A stretch of DNA of 64,000 nt, from positions 112,505-176,504 of the IMG/VR virus record IMGVR_UViG_3300049198_000021; one strand, given 5' to 3'. The notes beneath the pieces were generated by a model that was given only the letters and a program-made list of their open reading frames with translations, had not been told where the DNA came from and made no database searches. A program made the position numbers and the translations under genes. How positions within the stretch are numbered: the first letter of the stretch is position 1; the number at the start of each line of letters is the position of its first letter. This DNA comes from a virus. Taxonomy: Duplodnaviria > Caudoviricetes. Below are positions 9,929 to 20,665 of this stretch, one piece after another.

Positions 9929-12900
9929 ATGGGTCAACTTGTTACCACCATCGTCGGCGGCGTCATCGGCTTCCTTATCGGGGGACCGATGGGTGCGTCT
10001 ATTGGTATGGCGCTGGGTGGAATGGTTGGTGCTACGCTGTTTGGTCCTACGATCAAGGGCCCGCGTCTCAATGACCTCAAGGTTTCTTCCTCGACCTACG
10101 GGATTGCGATCCCTGAAATCTACGGCACTGTCCGTCTCAGCACGAACCTGATCTGGACAACCGGGATCAAGGAAACCAAGAAGACGCGCCGCGCCGGCAA
10201 GGGCGGTCCCAAGGTCGAGACTTATTCCTACGATGCATCGTTTGCTTTGGGCCTTTGCAAGGGCCCGATCCGTGAGATTCTTCGCATCTGGGCGGACAGT
10301 AAACTAATTTACGATGTCAGCAACAACGGAACCCGTAACCCGCTGAACGCGGGTCAATCCGGTATTCTGGCCCCGGTCCTGCTGTCGTTCAGAACGGGAG
10401 GAACCAAGAAAAAGCGGGTAAACCTGCGTATCTATCTGGGGAACGAGGAGCAGCTACCGGATTCGCTTATTGAAGCAGATAAGGGCGTCGGGAATGTCTC
10501 GGCTCACCGGGGCTTGGCCTATGTGGTATTCGAACGCCTCCAGCTTGAAGACTTCGGGAATCGCATCCCTCAGTTCACCATGGAAGTTACCAAAGCACCG
10601 GCCGAAGCCTTCCCCTCGGTGGAGCAAAAAGAAGGACCGGCAGGCACTGTTGCACAACCGGATGCTAGAAACTGGTTCCCTGATTGGGAAAACGGCAAGG
10701 TTTACTCCAGCATTATTTCTAACGACGCGGAGGATGCTTACACGGAAGTGTTCGACCTCAATACTATGCAGAACATGCAGCGTTGGGATCGATCGAATAT
10801 GTGGTTCACTGGTCGATATGGTTTCGCGCCATGGGCTGGTATATTTATGCAAGACGATGGCGGGGGTAACTCCAGACCACTAGGGGTCTACAGTCTCAGC
10901 ACTGGGGCTCGTATCGGCTTGTATGGTCAAAGTTCGCGCTCCCTGTCAGGTTACTATGTAGAATCGGGCCCTGCCCGAGGTGCTTTGGCTGTGGCGGCCA
11001 ATTTTGGTAACCAAGCCACAGTGACACTGGATGGCAAGTATATCATGCTGGCCGGCTGGACCCGAGATAATTGGATTCTGACCAGAGGCGGAACACCGGT
11101 CGGATGGTATGAAGGCGCTTGGTCGCCTTTCCACCTGATGCCCGCTCTTGGGTCGGTGTGGGGATGGCGTAGCGGCAACAGCGGGTTGCAGATTGCGGAC
11201 TTCATCAGCGGCGGAATAGGACAATACTCGCTTGCTCCGCCCGACTCAAACGGAAACGTCTTTTGGAGACAGGGCGGTAGCCTTGCCTTCGACACCACTC
11301 TGCGCCCACTACCCGGTGAGACTTATGTTCCATCGATATGCCTGTTCGATCCCTCGGACGGTCATTTCTTTAGTATTGGGCGATCGAACAACGGCTCCAG
11401 ATCAATCCCGGTGGCTTTCAAATACAGCCCAATAACTGGGCTGTATAAATTCATCAATGCCGATCCAGAAATTCTGGTTCCAAATGGACCCATGCAATGG
11501 TCGCGCCTAAACGGAGGGACTTTCGGTTATATTGCCGACTCCTTAAATCGAAACGTCAAAGTAAACTTACAGCAAATCAACTTACAGAACGGGGAAATCG
11601 TAAGAGATTCGCGCTACGGAAGCACTTGGGGTGGCCCTATCTATGTAAGAGCGGACCAGCACTGGGATGATGTGAGTTCCAGTATTATTACAACCACCAA
11701 AGATACCTTCCGTCGCATCTGGTTCAACAGCAACGCTAAGGCAGTTCGTCTGTCTGATGTTGTGCGCGATATTGCTACAAAATCCAATGTCCTGACTGTC
11801 GATGAACTCGATACCACGAATTTATTCGATCAAGAGATTATTGGTTTCTCTATCGATAGGCAGTCGTCTGCGATGGATGCACTAAAGCTCCTAGCAACCG
11901 GATATATGTTTGACGCCTACGAGAGCGATTACAAGCTCAAGTTCCGGACGCGTGGGCGAGATTCGGAGGTGGTAATCCCGCAAGACTGGATCGCCCGGTC
12001 TTCCGATGAGTTTATCAAAGAGAACATTGTCCAAGAGCTTGAGATGCCTCTCAAGGTCACGGTGAACTACTATGACACAGCGCGTGATCACCAGCAAGGC
12101 TCGCAGTCGTCGCGCCGCAACGCCGGGCCTTTCCCGACCATGTGGACGGCCAAGGAAGATATTATCGATCTCCCGTTGGTCTGGACACCGGACATGGCTA
12201 AGCAATCAGCAGACAAGCTGCTCAAGATGGCGTGGGCAAATCGTGTCGGCCTGCAATTCACTCTACCTTGGCGCTACCTGAAATACGAACCGTCGGACAT
12301 TATCACGCTCACCACTGATACAGCGACCTATTTCACGCGCCTAACTGAGACCACGATCGGGCAAGATTTCTCGATCGAGGCTTCCGGGGTGACTGATAAA
12401 GCCAGTGCCTATGTATCGACCAAGGTCGGTAGTCGAGTGGATTCGCCGGAGCAGATTATCGAAGAAGGCTACCCAGCTTTCCCGATCGTGATCAACACCC
12501 CGTTGTTACGCGATGAAGACTATGACACCAGCGGAGCCTCTATTTGTTTCGTATCCGCCGGCACGAATGCCTTCACGTTCAGTGGAGCAGCTATCTATGT
12601 TTACGACGGAATTGAAGACCAACGGATCGGCTTTATTGGTGCTGACACCGTGCGTGGAAGAGTTATCAACGAACTTCCATATACGACCGCATACGAATCT
12701 ACCGACGAAACCACTGTGCTAAAAGTTGTCCTGAACAACCCCAACGACGAGCTTGAGTCAGTGACCCAACTCGATATGCTTAACTTCGACATGAACGCAG
12801 CTTTGGTGGGTGAGGAAGTTATCCAATTCCGGGATGCTGTGCAGCAACCCGACGGTGAGTGGTGGCTGACTGGTCTCCGCCGGGCCCGGCGCGGAACCAA

Positions 12901-13489
12901 CTATGCGTTACGGAACCACCAGCCGAACGAACTCTTCCTGCTGCTGGAACCTGAGGCGGTTACATCGTTCCCACGCCCGCCTGAGGCTTATGTGACAACA
13001 ACCGAGTTCTTGGCGGTCACACCGGGGCAGTTAATCACAGATGCAATCCCGGTTCTGGCGTCGCTCCAGCCCCGCGATCTCATGCCTTACACCCCTGAGG
13101 ACATCAAGATCGACGACGACGGATCGGATGTGACCATTACGGTCCAGCGCCGATCGCGTATCATCGCCCCACTCCGTGACGGAATCAGTAACATCCACTT
13201 CAAGGAAGGCGCGAAACAGACATCCAAGATCGCATGTCAGATTTGGCCGGGACGTGGCTTTGAGGTGGTAGATACAGCGCTACCGCCAACCTTGGTTGAG
13301 AATGTTTCGATCTTCGATGCTAATGGACAGGACCTACCATTAGAGATCATCTTCCCGCTTTCTACCTTAGGCGCATCAACCGTCTTCCTAGCCCGGATCA
13401 CAGAGCAGGGCGTGGTCGATGGTATTGCCAAGTGGATCAAGTTTGAACGGGTGGGCGCGGGACGTTGGAACCAGACCGAATTTTATTGA
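9929..13489 (+). CDS. Tail tip / host-specificity protein (GTA g15-like), paralog 2
   Basis: Same N- and C-terminal motifs as 5858..9460 with an unrelated-looking central region; 1186 aa. Confidence 0.88.
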   Translation: MGQLVTTIVGGVIGFLIGGPMGASIGMALGGMVGATLFGPTIKGPRLNDLKVSSSTYGIAIPEIYGTVRLSTNLIWTTGIKETKKTRRAGKGGPKVETYSYDASFALGLCKGPIREILRIWADSKLIYDVSNNGTRNPLNAGQSGILAPVLLSFRTGGTKKKRVNLRIYLGNEEQLPDSLIEADKGVGNVSAHRGLAYVVFERLQLEDFGNRIPQFTMEVTKAPAEAFPSVEQKEGPAGTVAQPDARNWFPDWENGKVYSSIISNDAEDAYTEVFDLNTMQNMQRWDRSNMWFTGRYGFAPWAGIFMQDDGGGNSRPLGVYSLSTGARIGLYGQSSRSLSGYYVESGPARGALAVAANFGNQATVTLDGKYIMLAGWTRDNWILTRGGTPVGWYEGAWSPFHLMPALGSVWGWRSGNSGLQIADFISGGIGQYSLAPPDSNGNVFWRQGGSLAFDTTLRPLPGETYVPSICLFDPSDGHFFSIGRSNNGSRSIPVAFKYSPITGLYKFINADPEILVPNGPMQWSRLNGGTFGYIADSLNRNVKVNLQQINLQNGEIVRDSRYGSTWGGPIYVRADQHWDDVSSSIITTTKDTFRRIWFNSNAKAVRLSDVVRDIATKSNVLTVDELDTTNLFDQEIIGFSIDRQSSAMDALKLLATGYMFDAYESDYKLKFRTRGRDSEVVIPQDWIARSSDEFIKENIVQELEMPLKVTVNYYDTARDHQQGSQSSRRNAGPFPTMWTAKEDIIDLPLVWTPDMAKQSADKLLKMAWANRVGLQFTLPWRYLKYEPSDIITLTTDTATYFTRLTETTIGQDFSIEASGVTDKASAYVSTKVGSRVDSPEQIIEEGYPAFPIVINTPLLRDEDYDTSGASICFVSAGTNAFTFSGAAIYVYDGIEDQRIGFIGADTVRGRVINELPYTTAYESTDETTVLKVVLNNPNDELESVTQLDMLNFDMNAALVGEEVIQFRDAVQQPDGEWWLTGLRRARRGTNYALRNHQPNELFLLLEPEAVTSFPRPPEAYVTTTEFLAVTPGQLITDAIPVLASLQPRDLMPYTPEDIKIDDDGSDVTITVQRRSRIIAPLRDGISNIHFKEGAKQTSKIACQIWPGRGFEVVDTALPPTLVENVSIFDANGQDLPLEIIFPLSTLGASTVFLARITEQGVVDGIAKWIKFERVGAGRWNQTEFY

Positions 13490-13514
13490 CAACCACTGCC
13501 ATTTTAGCTATACA
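13486..13514 (+). promoter_or_regulatory. Sigma70-like promoter with conserved spacer
   Basis: TTGACA-accactgccattttagc-TATACA. Confidence 0.7.
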
Positions 13515-13538
13515 CTGGCACCCGCATAGAGAGACTTA

Positions 13539-16500
13539 ATGCCAACCACCCCCATCCTCGGTATCACGCAGGTCTCGACTTCCCAAAACGGAAAAGAGAC
13601 CACGATCAACGACGCCATCGTGGCGTTGGAAAACGCGACCAACGCAAAGTTGGCCGTGTCGATGGCGGCTGGTAACGTCACGCTCAGCGTCCCGGAAGCA
13701 ACACGTAACTTCATTTTCACTGCTGCGGGCGCGACGGCGGCTCGCGAACTGATCTTCCCGACCGAAGTAAACGGGAACCCCTACGACCGAGTCATCGTGG
13801 TTCGCAACCTGAGTGGACACGGGCTGACGGTTCGGTTTGCTTCCGGCGGCGGTGATACAGTCACGATCCCCAATGGTGAATCGCGCTTGATCAGCGCCGC
13901 CGACGGCCTTGACATGAGCGTCGCGGCTGAGCCTCCGAGCGTCATCACGTTCCTGTCGTTGACAGATGCACCAGAGACCTACACCGGCCAGACCGGAAAG
14001 TTCCTGTCGGTCAACGACACCGAGACTGCACTGGAGTTCACAGATGCGGCGGTGTTCCCGACTCTTGTCGGTAACGCAAACCGATTCTTGCGGGTTAACG
14101 CAGGGGCAACCGGTGTTGAGTGGGCCGTCGTCGATTTCGCAGGCACCTTCACCGAACTGACTGATACCCCAGCGAGCTATGCTGGTCAGGGTGGAAAACT
14201 GGTTAGGGTTAATGACCTCGCAACCGGTCTGGAGTTTGTTGATGCAACCGATGCGGAAGCGGTAAACTTCCAACTCGCCAGCCGCTGGCGTCTGCTCTTG
14301 CTTGAGCCGGGTATCTGGCCTGAAAACCCTCCGGGTGTTGGGCCGGGCGATCCTGAGTTCATCGAGCAGACCGATCAGGTAGGTTTCGGAGAGATTGAGT
14401 TTCTGGACCAAGACGACGTTGATCTGACCGGCGGCGGGACTGCATCAGCTTCCAACTTCTTGACCGGCAACGAACCGAGTCGGGCATTCAACAACCTCAC
14501 CACACCTGCGGACGGGTGGCTGACGGAAGAAACCTTTGTCGGCGCGGTCTGGATCGAATATGACTTCGGGGCTCCGGTATCCCCGCGTCGCGTGCGGCTG
14601 TCTTCGATCAACACGTTCCCACAATATGGGCCTTCTCGTTTCCTGATTCAGTATTGGGACGGAAGCGCTTGGATCAGCTTGGGCGACCGCTCACCAGCGC
14701 CTTGGGCAACGACCACAACGCAGACTTTCAAGATCAACGGCATCCCGCTCGATGTTCTTGAAGAAGCACCTGCGAATGGTTCGCTGTATGGGCGTAAAGA
14801 TGGGGAGTGGTTCAAGATCAACTCGGAAGTCGTGTCGGACAACACGACTACCAGTAATCTGGATGCGACCCAGACTTTCCAATACCGTCGTTACATCAAC
14901 GCAGGCACCAAAATCCTCAACATCCGGGCCAACGTCGATCACCCGATGCCGGCCGATGGTGAGTGGTATATCTACAATGCCAACGGAGCCGCACTGACTA
15001 TCACACCCGCTGTGGGTGTGACTGTCAATGCACCGGCCGAAGGATCGCTGATTGTCCCGCTAAACGGAACGGTGCGGATCAAGCGGATCGCCGTGGATGT
15101 TTACGATGTGTTCGGCGACACCGTATCGTCGGGAGCAATTGGTGGTGAGGAAATCCCCAGCATCATTGGGAATGCCTCCAAAATCCTTGCCGTAAAGTCG
15201 GACGCGAGCGGACTGGAGTGGATCGCACAAGCAGTCCCATACTCCGATGAGAACGCCCGCGACGCGATCGCCGCCGCGCTGGTGGCCGGCACCAACGTTA
15301 CGATCACCAACAACGACGCTGCCAACACGATCACGATCTCGGCTGCCTCGATCGGCCTAAACGCTGAGGAAGTCCGAGACACTATCGGAGCAGCCCTTCG
15401 CGCCGGGACGAATATGTCTTGGTCGATCAACGACACCGGCGACACGATCACGGTCTCTACCAGTGCCTTGGATGCCGAAGGTGTCCGGGACACAATCGGT
15501 GCTGCCTTGGTGGCTGGTGCCAATATCGCAATCAGCGTCAACGATACCGCCAACACAATCGCGGTGGCGGCGACCATGGATCAGGAAGTGATCCGGGACA
15601 CTATCGCTGATGCCTTGGTGGCTGGCTCCAACATCATCATCACCCATGATGATGTCGCTAACACGATCACCATCGATTCGCTCGGTGGTGGTGGCGGCGG
15701 CGGTCTGGATGCGGAAGCTGTTCGCGATGTGGTTGGAGCGGCTTTGGTGGCTGGCTCGAACATCACAATCAACGTGAACGACGCGGCCGACACCATCACG
15801 ATCGACTCGGCGACCGACCCTGAGGTTGTTCGCGACACGATCGCGTCCGCACTGGTCGCAGGCTCCAACGTCACGATCACGAACAACGACGGGGCCAACA
15901 CCATCACCTTCGCGGTGACAATGGATCAGGAAGTCATCCGGGACACGATCGGCGCAACGCTGGTGGCCGGTGCCAACGTCACGATCACGGCCGACGACGC
16001 AGCCAATACGATCACTATCGCATCGACCGGCGGCGGTGGTGGCGGGACCGACCCGGAAGTCGTTCGTGATACTATCGCGGCGGCGCTGGTTGCTGGTGCC
16101 AACGTCACCATCACACCCAACGATCTGGGAGATACTATCACCATTGCCGCATCCGGCGGTCTGGATGCCGAGGCTGTTCGCGACACGATTGGGAGCGCGT
16201 TGGTGGCAGGCACCAATGTGACTATCGATGTTAACGACGCGGCCAACACGATTACGATCAACTCGGCGACGAACGCAGAAACGATCCGCGACACCATGGC
16301 AACGGCGCTGGTGGCCGGCTCCAACGTCACGATTACCCCTAACGATGCTGCTGACACAATCACCATTGCAGCGGCGACCGATCAGGAAGTGGTTCGCGAT
16401 ACGGTTGCAACTGCTCTCGTAGCGGGCCCAAACGTCACCATCACGGTCAACGATGCTGCTGATACGATCACCATTGAAGCAGAAAACGCGGCGAATGATC

Positions 16501-17918
16501 CAGAGTTCATCCGAGACACCATCGCTGATGCTCTGCTGGCTGGTGATAATGTCACGATCGTTCATAATGATTTTGATAACACGATTACGATCAGTTCGAC
16601 CGGAGGCGGCGGTGGCGGCGGTGGTGGCGGAGGCGTCGGCTTAATAACGCCTACAATCAGGACCACACCAACACCACTGTCGTTCAACTCCGCGTCACAA
16701 GTGGTCGATATACCACCCAGTGCTGTGGTGGGTGATGCTATGTTTCTTTTCTGTTCACACGGTTTTGAAGCAATCACCCCCACTGGATGGTTGGAACTTT
16801 TCCGAGACACCACGACACTACAGGTTCGGGGAGCGATCTTTCTTCGTATCCTGACCTCGGGGGATATTACGGCAGGGACTGTCACCGTAACCTTCGCTGG
16901 TTCTTTCAACGGGGTTATTCAACCTGTCGTTATTGAGGGAGATACGATTAGCTCGATTCGGGATATTCAGACGGTAGCATCAGGCACTGGCAGCACCACG
17001 ATGCCCCTGATTGCTTATCCGAACGAAACTGACTTGGTTCTGGGCTTTGCGGCCAACCGGGCTACGTCGAACAATACCCTAGACTCTCCGTGGGTAACCC
17101 TGCGAAGCTTAAACGCAGCATCAGCATCCTCAGTTTTCGGACGGATCAGCAACCCTGATTATGTCGTCACGACTCCAGCCACAGCGTCGTCGGCAGGATC
17201 GGGTTATTTTACCGCGACTGTTGTTCTGGGAGGGAAACAAACACGGACGACCGGCTTCTACGCGATCACGGAAATTGCTACTACCCTTTACGACTTAGAC
17301 ACGAACGACGCGGGAAGCTATCTCAGATTCACGGCGGCTACTGCCAAGACGATGAGTGTTCGTGCTGATGCGACACATGCACTTCTGGACGATAGTGAGT
17401 GGCATATCCGAAACGCAGGGGCCGGTAACCTGACACTCTCACCGGCCGGCGGTGTTACGATCACGCCCCCGGCAGGTGGATCACTGATCATCCCACCAGA
17501 TGGTGTCGCAACGCTCAAAAGAATTGCAGTGGATACCTTCGATTTGATGGGAACCACCGTGAGTGAAGCTGTCGGCGTCCCGTATGCCCTTCCTTTTGGG
17601 TTTGTCGCCAAGCCTCTTGGAAATGCTACAGTGCTTATCCACGTCTTCACTGAGGATGTTCTGTTTGCGGCTGACTTTGCTCTTTCTCGCGGAGGTGTTG
17701 CAACCAACCCTACTGCTACTGCTTCTCTTTCGATCCGAAAGAATGGAAGCGCCGTGGGTGGAATTGGCATTACCACCGGTGGGGTCGTTTCATTCTTCAC
17801 ATCCGGCGGGACTCCGGTGTCTTTCGTCGCTGGGGATGTGTTGACCGTGGTGGCTCAAGACCCGGCTGACCTCACCCTTGCTAATTCAGCTTTCACCCTA
17901 CGTGGAACGAGAACCTAA
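13539..17918 (+). CDS. Long tail fibre-like protein with discoidin-like domain and 12 tandem repeats of about 36 aa
   Basis: FTELTDTPASYAGQ-type fibre repeats, F5/8C-like segment (ASASNF..PSRAFN..W..VWIEYDFG), repeats of (D/N)xEVVRDTIAAALVAGANVTITxNDAADTITI. Confidence 0.75.
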   Translation: MPTTPILGITQVSTSQNGKETTINDAIVALENATNAKLAVSMAAGNVTLSVPEATRNFIFTAAGATAARELIFPTEVNGNPYDRVIVVRNLSGHGLTVRFASGGGDTVTIPNGESRLISAADGLDMSVAAEPPSVITFLSLTDAPETYTGQTGKFLSVNDTETALEFTDAAVFPTLVGNANRFLRVNAGATGVEWAVVDFAGTFTELTDTPASYAGQGGKLVRVNDLATGLEFVDATDAEAVNFQLASRWRLLLLEPGIWPENPPGVGPGDPEFIEQTDQVGFGEIEFLDQDDVDLTGGGTASASNFLTGNEPSRAFNNLTTPADGWLTEETFVGAVWIEYDFGAPVSPRRVRLSSINTFPQYGPSRFLIQYWDGSAWISLGDRSPAPWATTTTQTFKINGIPLDVLEEAPANGSLYGRKDGEWFKINSEVVSDNTTTSNLDATQTFQYRRYINAGTKILNIRANVDHPMPADGEWYIYNANGAALTITPAVGVTVNAPAEGSLIVPLNGTVRIKRIAVDVYDVFGDTVSSGAIGGEEIPSIIGNASKILAVKSDASGLEWIAQAVPYSDENARDAIAAALVAGTNVTITNNDAANTITISAASIGLNAEEVRDTIGAALRAGTNMSWSINDTGDTITVSTSALDAEGVRDTIGAALVAGANIAISVNDTANTIAVAATMDQEVIRDTIADALVAGSNIIITHDDVANTITIDSLGGGGGGGLDAEAVRDVVGAALVAGSNITINVNDAADTITIDSATDPEVVRDTIASALVAGSNVTITNNDGANTITFAVTMDQEVIRDTIGATLVAGANVTITADDAANTITIASTGGGGGGTDPEVVRDTIAAALVAGANVTITPNDLGDTITIAASGGLDAEAVRDTIGSALVAGTNVTIDVNDAANTITINSATNAETIRDTMATALVAGSNVTITPNDAADTITIAAATDQEVVRDTVATALVAGPNVTITVNDAADTITIEAENAANDPEFIRDTIADALLAGDNVTIVHNDFDNTITISSTGGGGGGGGGGGVGLITPTIRTTPTPLSFNSASQVVDIPPSAVVGDAMFLFCSHGFEAITPTGWLELFRDTTTLQVRGAIFLRILTSGDITAGTVTVTFAGSFNGVIQPVVIEGDTISSIRDIQTVASGTGSTTMPLIAYPNETDLVLGFAANRATSNNTLDSPWVTLRSLNAASASSVFGRISNPDYVVTTPATASSAGSGYFTATVVLGGKQTRTTGFYAITEIATTLYDLDTNDAGSYLRFTAATAKTMSVRADATHALLDDSEWHIRNAGAGNLTLSPAGGVTITPPAGGSLIIPPDGVATLKRIAVDTFDLMGTTVSEAVGVPYALPFGFVAKPLGNATVLIHVFTEDVLFAADFALSRGGVATNPTATASLSIRKNGSAVGGIGITTGGVVSFFTSGGTPVSFVAGDVLTVVAQDPADLTLANSAFTLRGTRT
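15248..16635 (+). repeat. Intragenic tandem repeat, 12 units of about 108 bp, with poly-Gly linkers
   Basis: Counted 12 RD(T/A/V)..ALVAG.N units in the translation; Gly runs after units 4, 7 and 12. Confidence 0.9.
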
Positions 17919-17919
17919 A

Positions 17920-18972
17920 ATGTCGCTACTTAACTATGAACACTTCGACCTATACGGAACTGTATTAGCTAACCTCGTTCTTCGGGGTTACGTAGCTGTT
18001 AGCGGCGCTATCGGAACCGGCACAGTCCGAACAGGCGGCGCTGTTTGGACAGTAGGGCAAGCCGGTGGGGCTAATGCTTCTTTGACATTCCCGTTACCGG
18101 GGGCAGCAAGAACCGTTTGCGGACAAGGCTGTGCGCTTCGTATTCAAAACGCAGTCAATACTGCGACCGATGCATCGAATAATCCGGGTATATATTTCGG
18201 GGACGCCGCTTCAATCTTTGCGATCCGCTGCATTGTGAATCAAAATAATACGATCACTGTCTATCAAGGGACTACATTGCGTGGGACAAGCGCACCCAAC
18301 GTTATTACTGCGGGGACGTGGTTTTGGATCGAAGGCAAGGTCATTACTGGTTCGGGTGTGGCGGGCGCTGGTTCGGTAGAGGTCCGTATCAATGGCGTAT
18401 CGATCCTGACCGTGACTGGTTTGACAATAGCCAGCAACATTACTCGTTGTGCCATCGGGACGGCTGGGGCAAATAGTGGTTGGTCCAATATGTTTGTTGA
18501 TGACTGGATCATCTGGGATACTGCTGGGAGCCAGAACAACGATTGGTTTGGTGATACGTTCGTTCTTGTCTCCGCGCCCGAATCGGACGGAGCAACAAGC
18601 GATTGGGTGCCATCCACAGGCACTACTCGTTGGCCCCTGATCGACGAAACAACCCCACTGGATACCGATTTCATTACCGGTAACGCAGTCAACGACACAC
18701 AGGAATGCAACACAGCCGCAGTCTCTTTGCCGGCCGGAGGCTCAGTTGTTGCGGTGGCGTCTCAGGCACGGGCTCTCAAGACGGACGCAGGTGCATCCTC
18801 GATTTCGTTGGGAGTAGCTAGTGTTGCATCAAATAACTCCGGACCAGACATAGCTCTCGGGACCGGCGCGTCAGTCCGTTCGCATATTGCTGAACTGAAC
18901 CCAGATGGTAACATCGCTTGGACGGTAAGCACAGCCCAAGCAGCCCGATTCAGAGTCCGTAGAACGGCATGA
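17920..18972 (+). CDS. Putative virion/tail protein with lectin-like beta-sandwich
   Basis: ATG at 17920 just after the fibre stop; beta-rich, WFWIEGKV..GSVEVRINGV..FVDDWIIWD. Confidence 0.55.
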   Translation: MSLLNYEHFDLYGTVLANLVLRGYVAVSGAIGTGTVRTGGAVWTVGQAGGANASLTFPLPGAARTVCGQGCALRIQNAVNTATDASNNPGIYFGDAASIFAIRCIVNQNNTITVYQGTTLRGTSAPNVITAGTWFWIEGKVITGSGVAGAGSVEVRINGVSILTVTGLTIASNITRCAIGTAGANSGWSNMFVDDWIIWDTAGSQNNDWFGDTFVLVSAPESDGATSDWVPSTGTTRWPLIDETTPLDTDFITGNAVNDTQECNTAAVSLPAGGSVVAVASQARALKTDAGASSISLGVASVASNNSGPDIALGTGASVRSHIAELNPDGNIAWTVSTAQAARFRVRRTA

Positions 18973-19190
18973 GCAATACTCGGGTAACCCAAGGCCATAA
19001 GGTTATCGTCGCTGCTGGCGGTCAAGCCCCAGCACGAGTTACCCAAGGCCATAAGATCATCGTCGCAGCCGGCGGGACATCCCCCGCTGTGGTGGCGCAA
19101 GCTTGCAAGGTTATTATCTTTTGCCCAAACCGACCCGAGCCGGACCCGGTGACACCGGCTGGGCAGAATTTCATGTCTTCTGTCCCTTAG
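18969..19190 (+). CDS. Small hypothetical protein with 3x (A/T)RVTQGHK-like repeats
   Basis: ATGA overlap with upstream stop; internal repeats. Confidence 0.55.
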   Translation: MSNTRVTQGHKVIVAAGGQAPARVTQGHKIIVAAGGTSPAVVAQACKVIIFCPNRPEPDPVTPAGQNFMSSVP

Positions 19191-19197
19191 GATAAAT

Positions 19198-20658
19198 ATG
19201 AACCCCGGTATTTTATCATCTCCAATCGTGTTTGGTCTGGTCAACGGGCAGGGTCTAATCCCTGATCCGGTAGCAATCGAATCGGTTTTCAGCGCGGAGA
19301 TTAACGCGACCAGCACAGGAACTCGGACGATTAACATCGGACCCGAGTTTGTGGGGCGCTTCTTCGTGGTTTCATGGTTTACTACCAGAGGTGTTGTTAC
19401 CGGACTCCCATCCGGTGAGGTTTTTCAAGTTAATGGTGTAGCACATCCTTTTACCAACGTCGGTGAAACTGCATATGGCTTCCAATACCATGCGCTCGTT
19501 GTTGCAGCCGGAACGTCCATGACTCTTCTTTTCAGTAGCTCCAGTGCTGATGTCAGGCGTTTTAATGTCTGGAAAATTGGAACTTCTGAAAATCCGGGAC
19601 AAATTGTTGAAGCAGCGACAGTAACCAGCGCCGCTATCACAACGAGTTTGGTAGCGCCCTTGCGCAGCAGTTTTATCACGCCTGACACAAAAGTCATCGC
19701 TGTGGCCGGGGCACGGCCACAGCTTTCAGGCACTACTTATGAAGGCTCTTGGTTAGTGCCTTCTACGGTAGATCAAGAGACCCACCGAGCAGAGTCCACA
19801 AGAGTTCAGGTCGCCGAAGGGACGGTCCCCGAGGGGGTAACCTCGTTTACGCTTCCAGATACTACACCAACGGCAAGAAGCAAAGCCGCTAGTTATTATC
19901 AAATAAGGCAAGCACCTCCCACAGAAGGTCCGTTCAATCTCAACGAACTTAACCTGAAATATCGGTTCAATGCTGACTTTGGCTGCTTCCGCGACTTGGA
20001 AGAAATCATTCCGTGCTACGACGGAGACGGAGTAGCGATTTGGAAAAACACTGGGACATCTGTTGACGCCAAGCAAACGATTAAGGCTCGCCGACCTACC
20101 TTAAAAACCGGAGGGGTCAACGGCCATAATTATATTGAGTGTCTTCGGGATAACCAACAACATTTTGAAGACCTCCTTGATCTTCCTCAAGCTAGTGGTC
20201 TTACGGGGTGGACTCCGTTGACGCTGACCATGGTGGTTCAGTTCTACAACTATGATCAAATGAATCCAATTATCAGCGACGGTGGTGATCTTTCATACAA
20301 GAGCGATTTCCACATTCGGACAACAGGAATAGCACGATTACACAAAGGGACTGACAATTGTCGATCTGTCCCGGCTAATCAGTTGGTAGTCTTATCAGCA
20401 CGTATTAGAAATAATACGAATGCTGATTATATGCTAAACGGAGTTGCAACCACATGCTCAATGGGTGGTAACTCACCATCAGCGGGTCAAACAGTTACCC
20501 AGTTCCTCCGCTCTACTGGTGTCCTCGGTCCGGGTTACTTCCACGGCCGTCTCTACGAGCTTATGATCTATCACGATACACCAGCGGTAGGGACACTAGG
20601 TTACGAATCTACGCAGCGTTACTTAATGCAAAAATATGGCATCCCCCTTACATATTGA
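19198..20658 (+). CDS. Putative tail fibre / receptor-binding protein (C-terminal ConA-like fold)
   Basis: DGDGVAIWKN..RPTLKTGGVNG..YFHGRLYELMIYH..YLMQKYGI pattern; visibly more AT-rich than neighbours. Confidence 0.55.
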   Translation: MNPGILSSPIVFGLVNGQGLIPDPVAIESVFSAEINATSTGTRTINIGPEFVGRFFVVSWFTTRGVVTGLPSGEVFQVNGVAHPFTNVGETAYGFQYHALVVAAGTSMTLLFSSSSADVRRFNVWKIGTSENPGQIVEAATVTSAAITTSLVAPLRSSFITPDTKVIAVAGARPQLSGTTYEGSWLVPSTVDQETHRAESTRVQVAEGTVPEGVTSFTLPDTTPTARSKAASYYQIRQAPPTEGPFNLNELNLKYRFNADFGCFRDLEEIIPCYDGDGVAIWKNTGTSVDAKQTIKARRPTLKTGGVNGHNYIECLRDNQQHFEDLLDLPQASGLTGWTPLTLTMVVQFYNYDQMNPIISDGGDLSYKSDFHIRTTGIARLHKGTDNCRSVPANQLVVLSARIRNNTNADYMLNGVATTCSMGGNSPSAGQTVTQFLRSTGVLGPGYFHGRLYELMIYHDTPAVGTLGYESTQRYLMQKYGIPLTY

Positions 20659-20665
20659 GGTAAAC

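Noticed and set aside
5858-13489. Diversity-generating retroelement or shufflon acting on the tail-tip paralogs
   Set aside because: No reverse transcriptase, no adenine-specific template/variable repeat pair and no inverted recombination sites seen.
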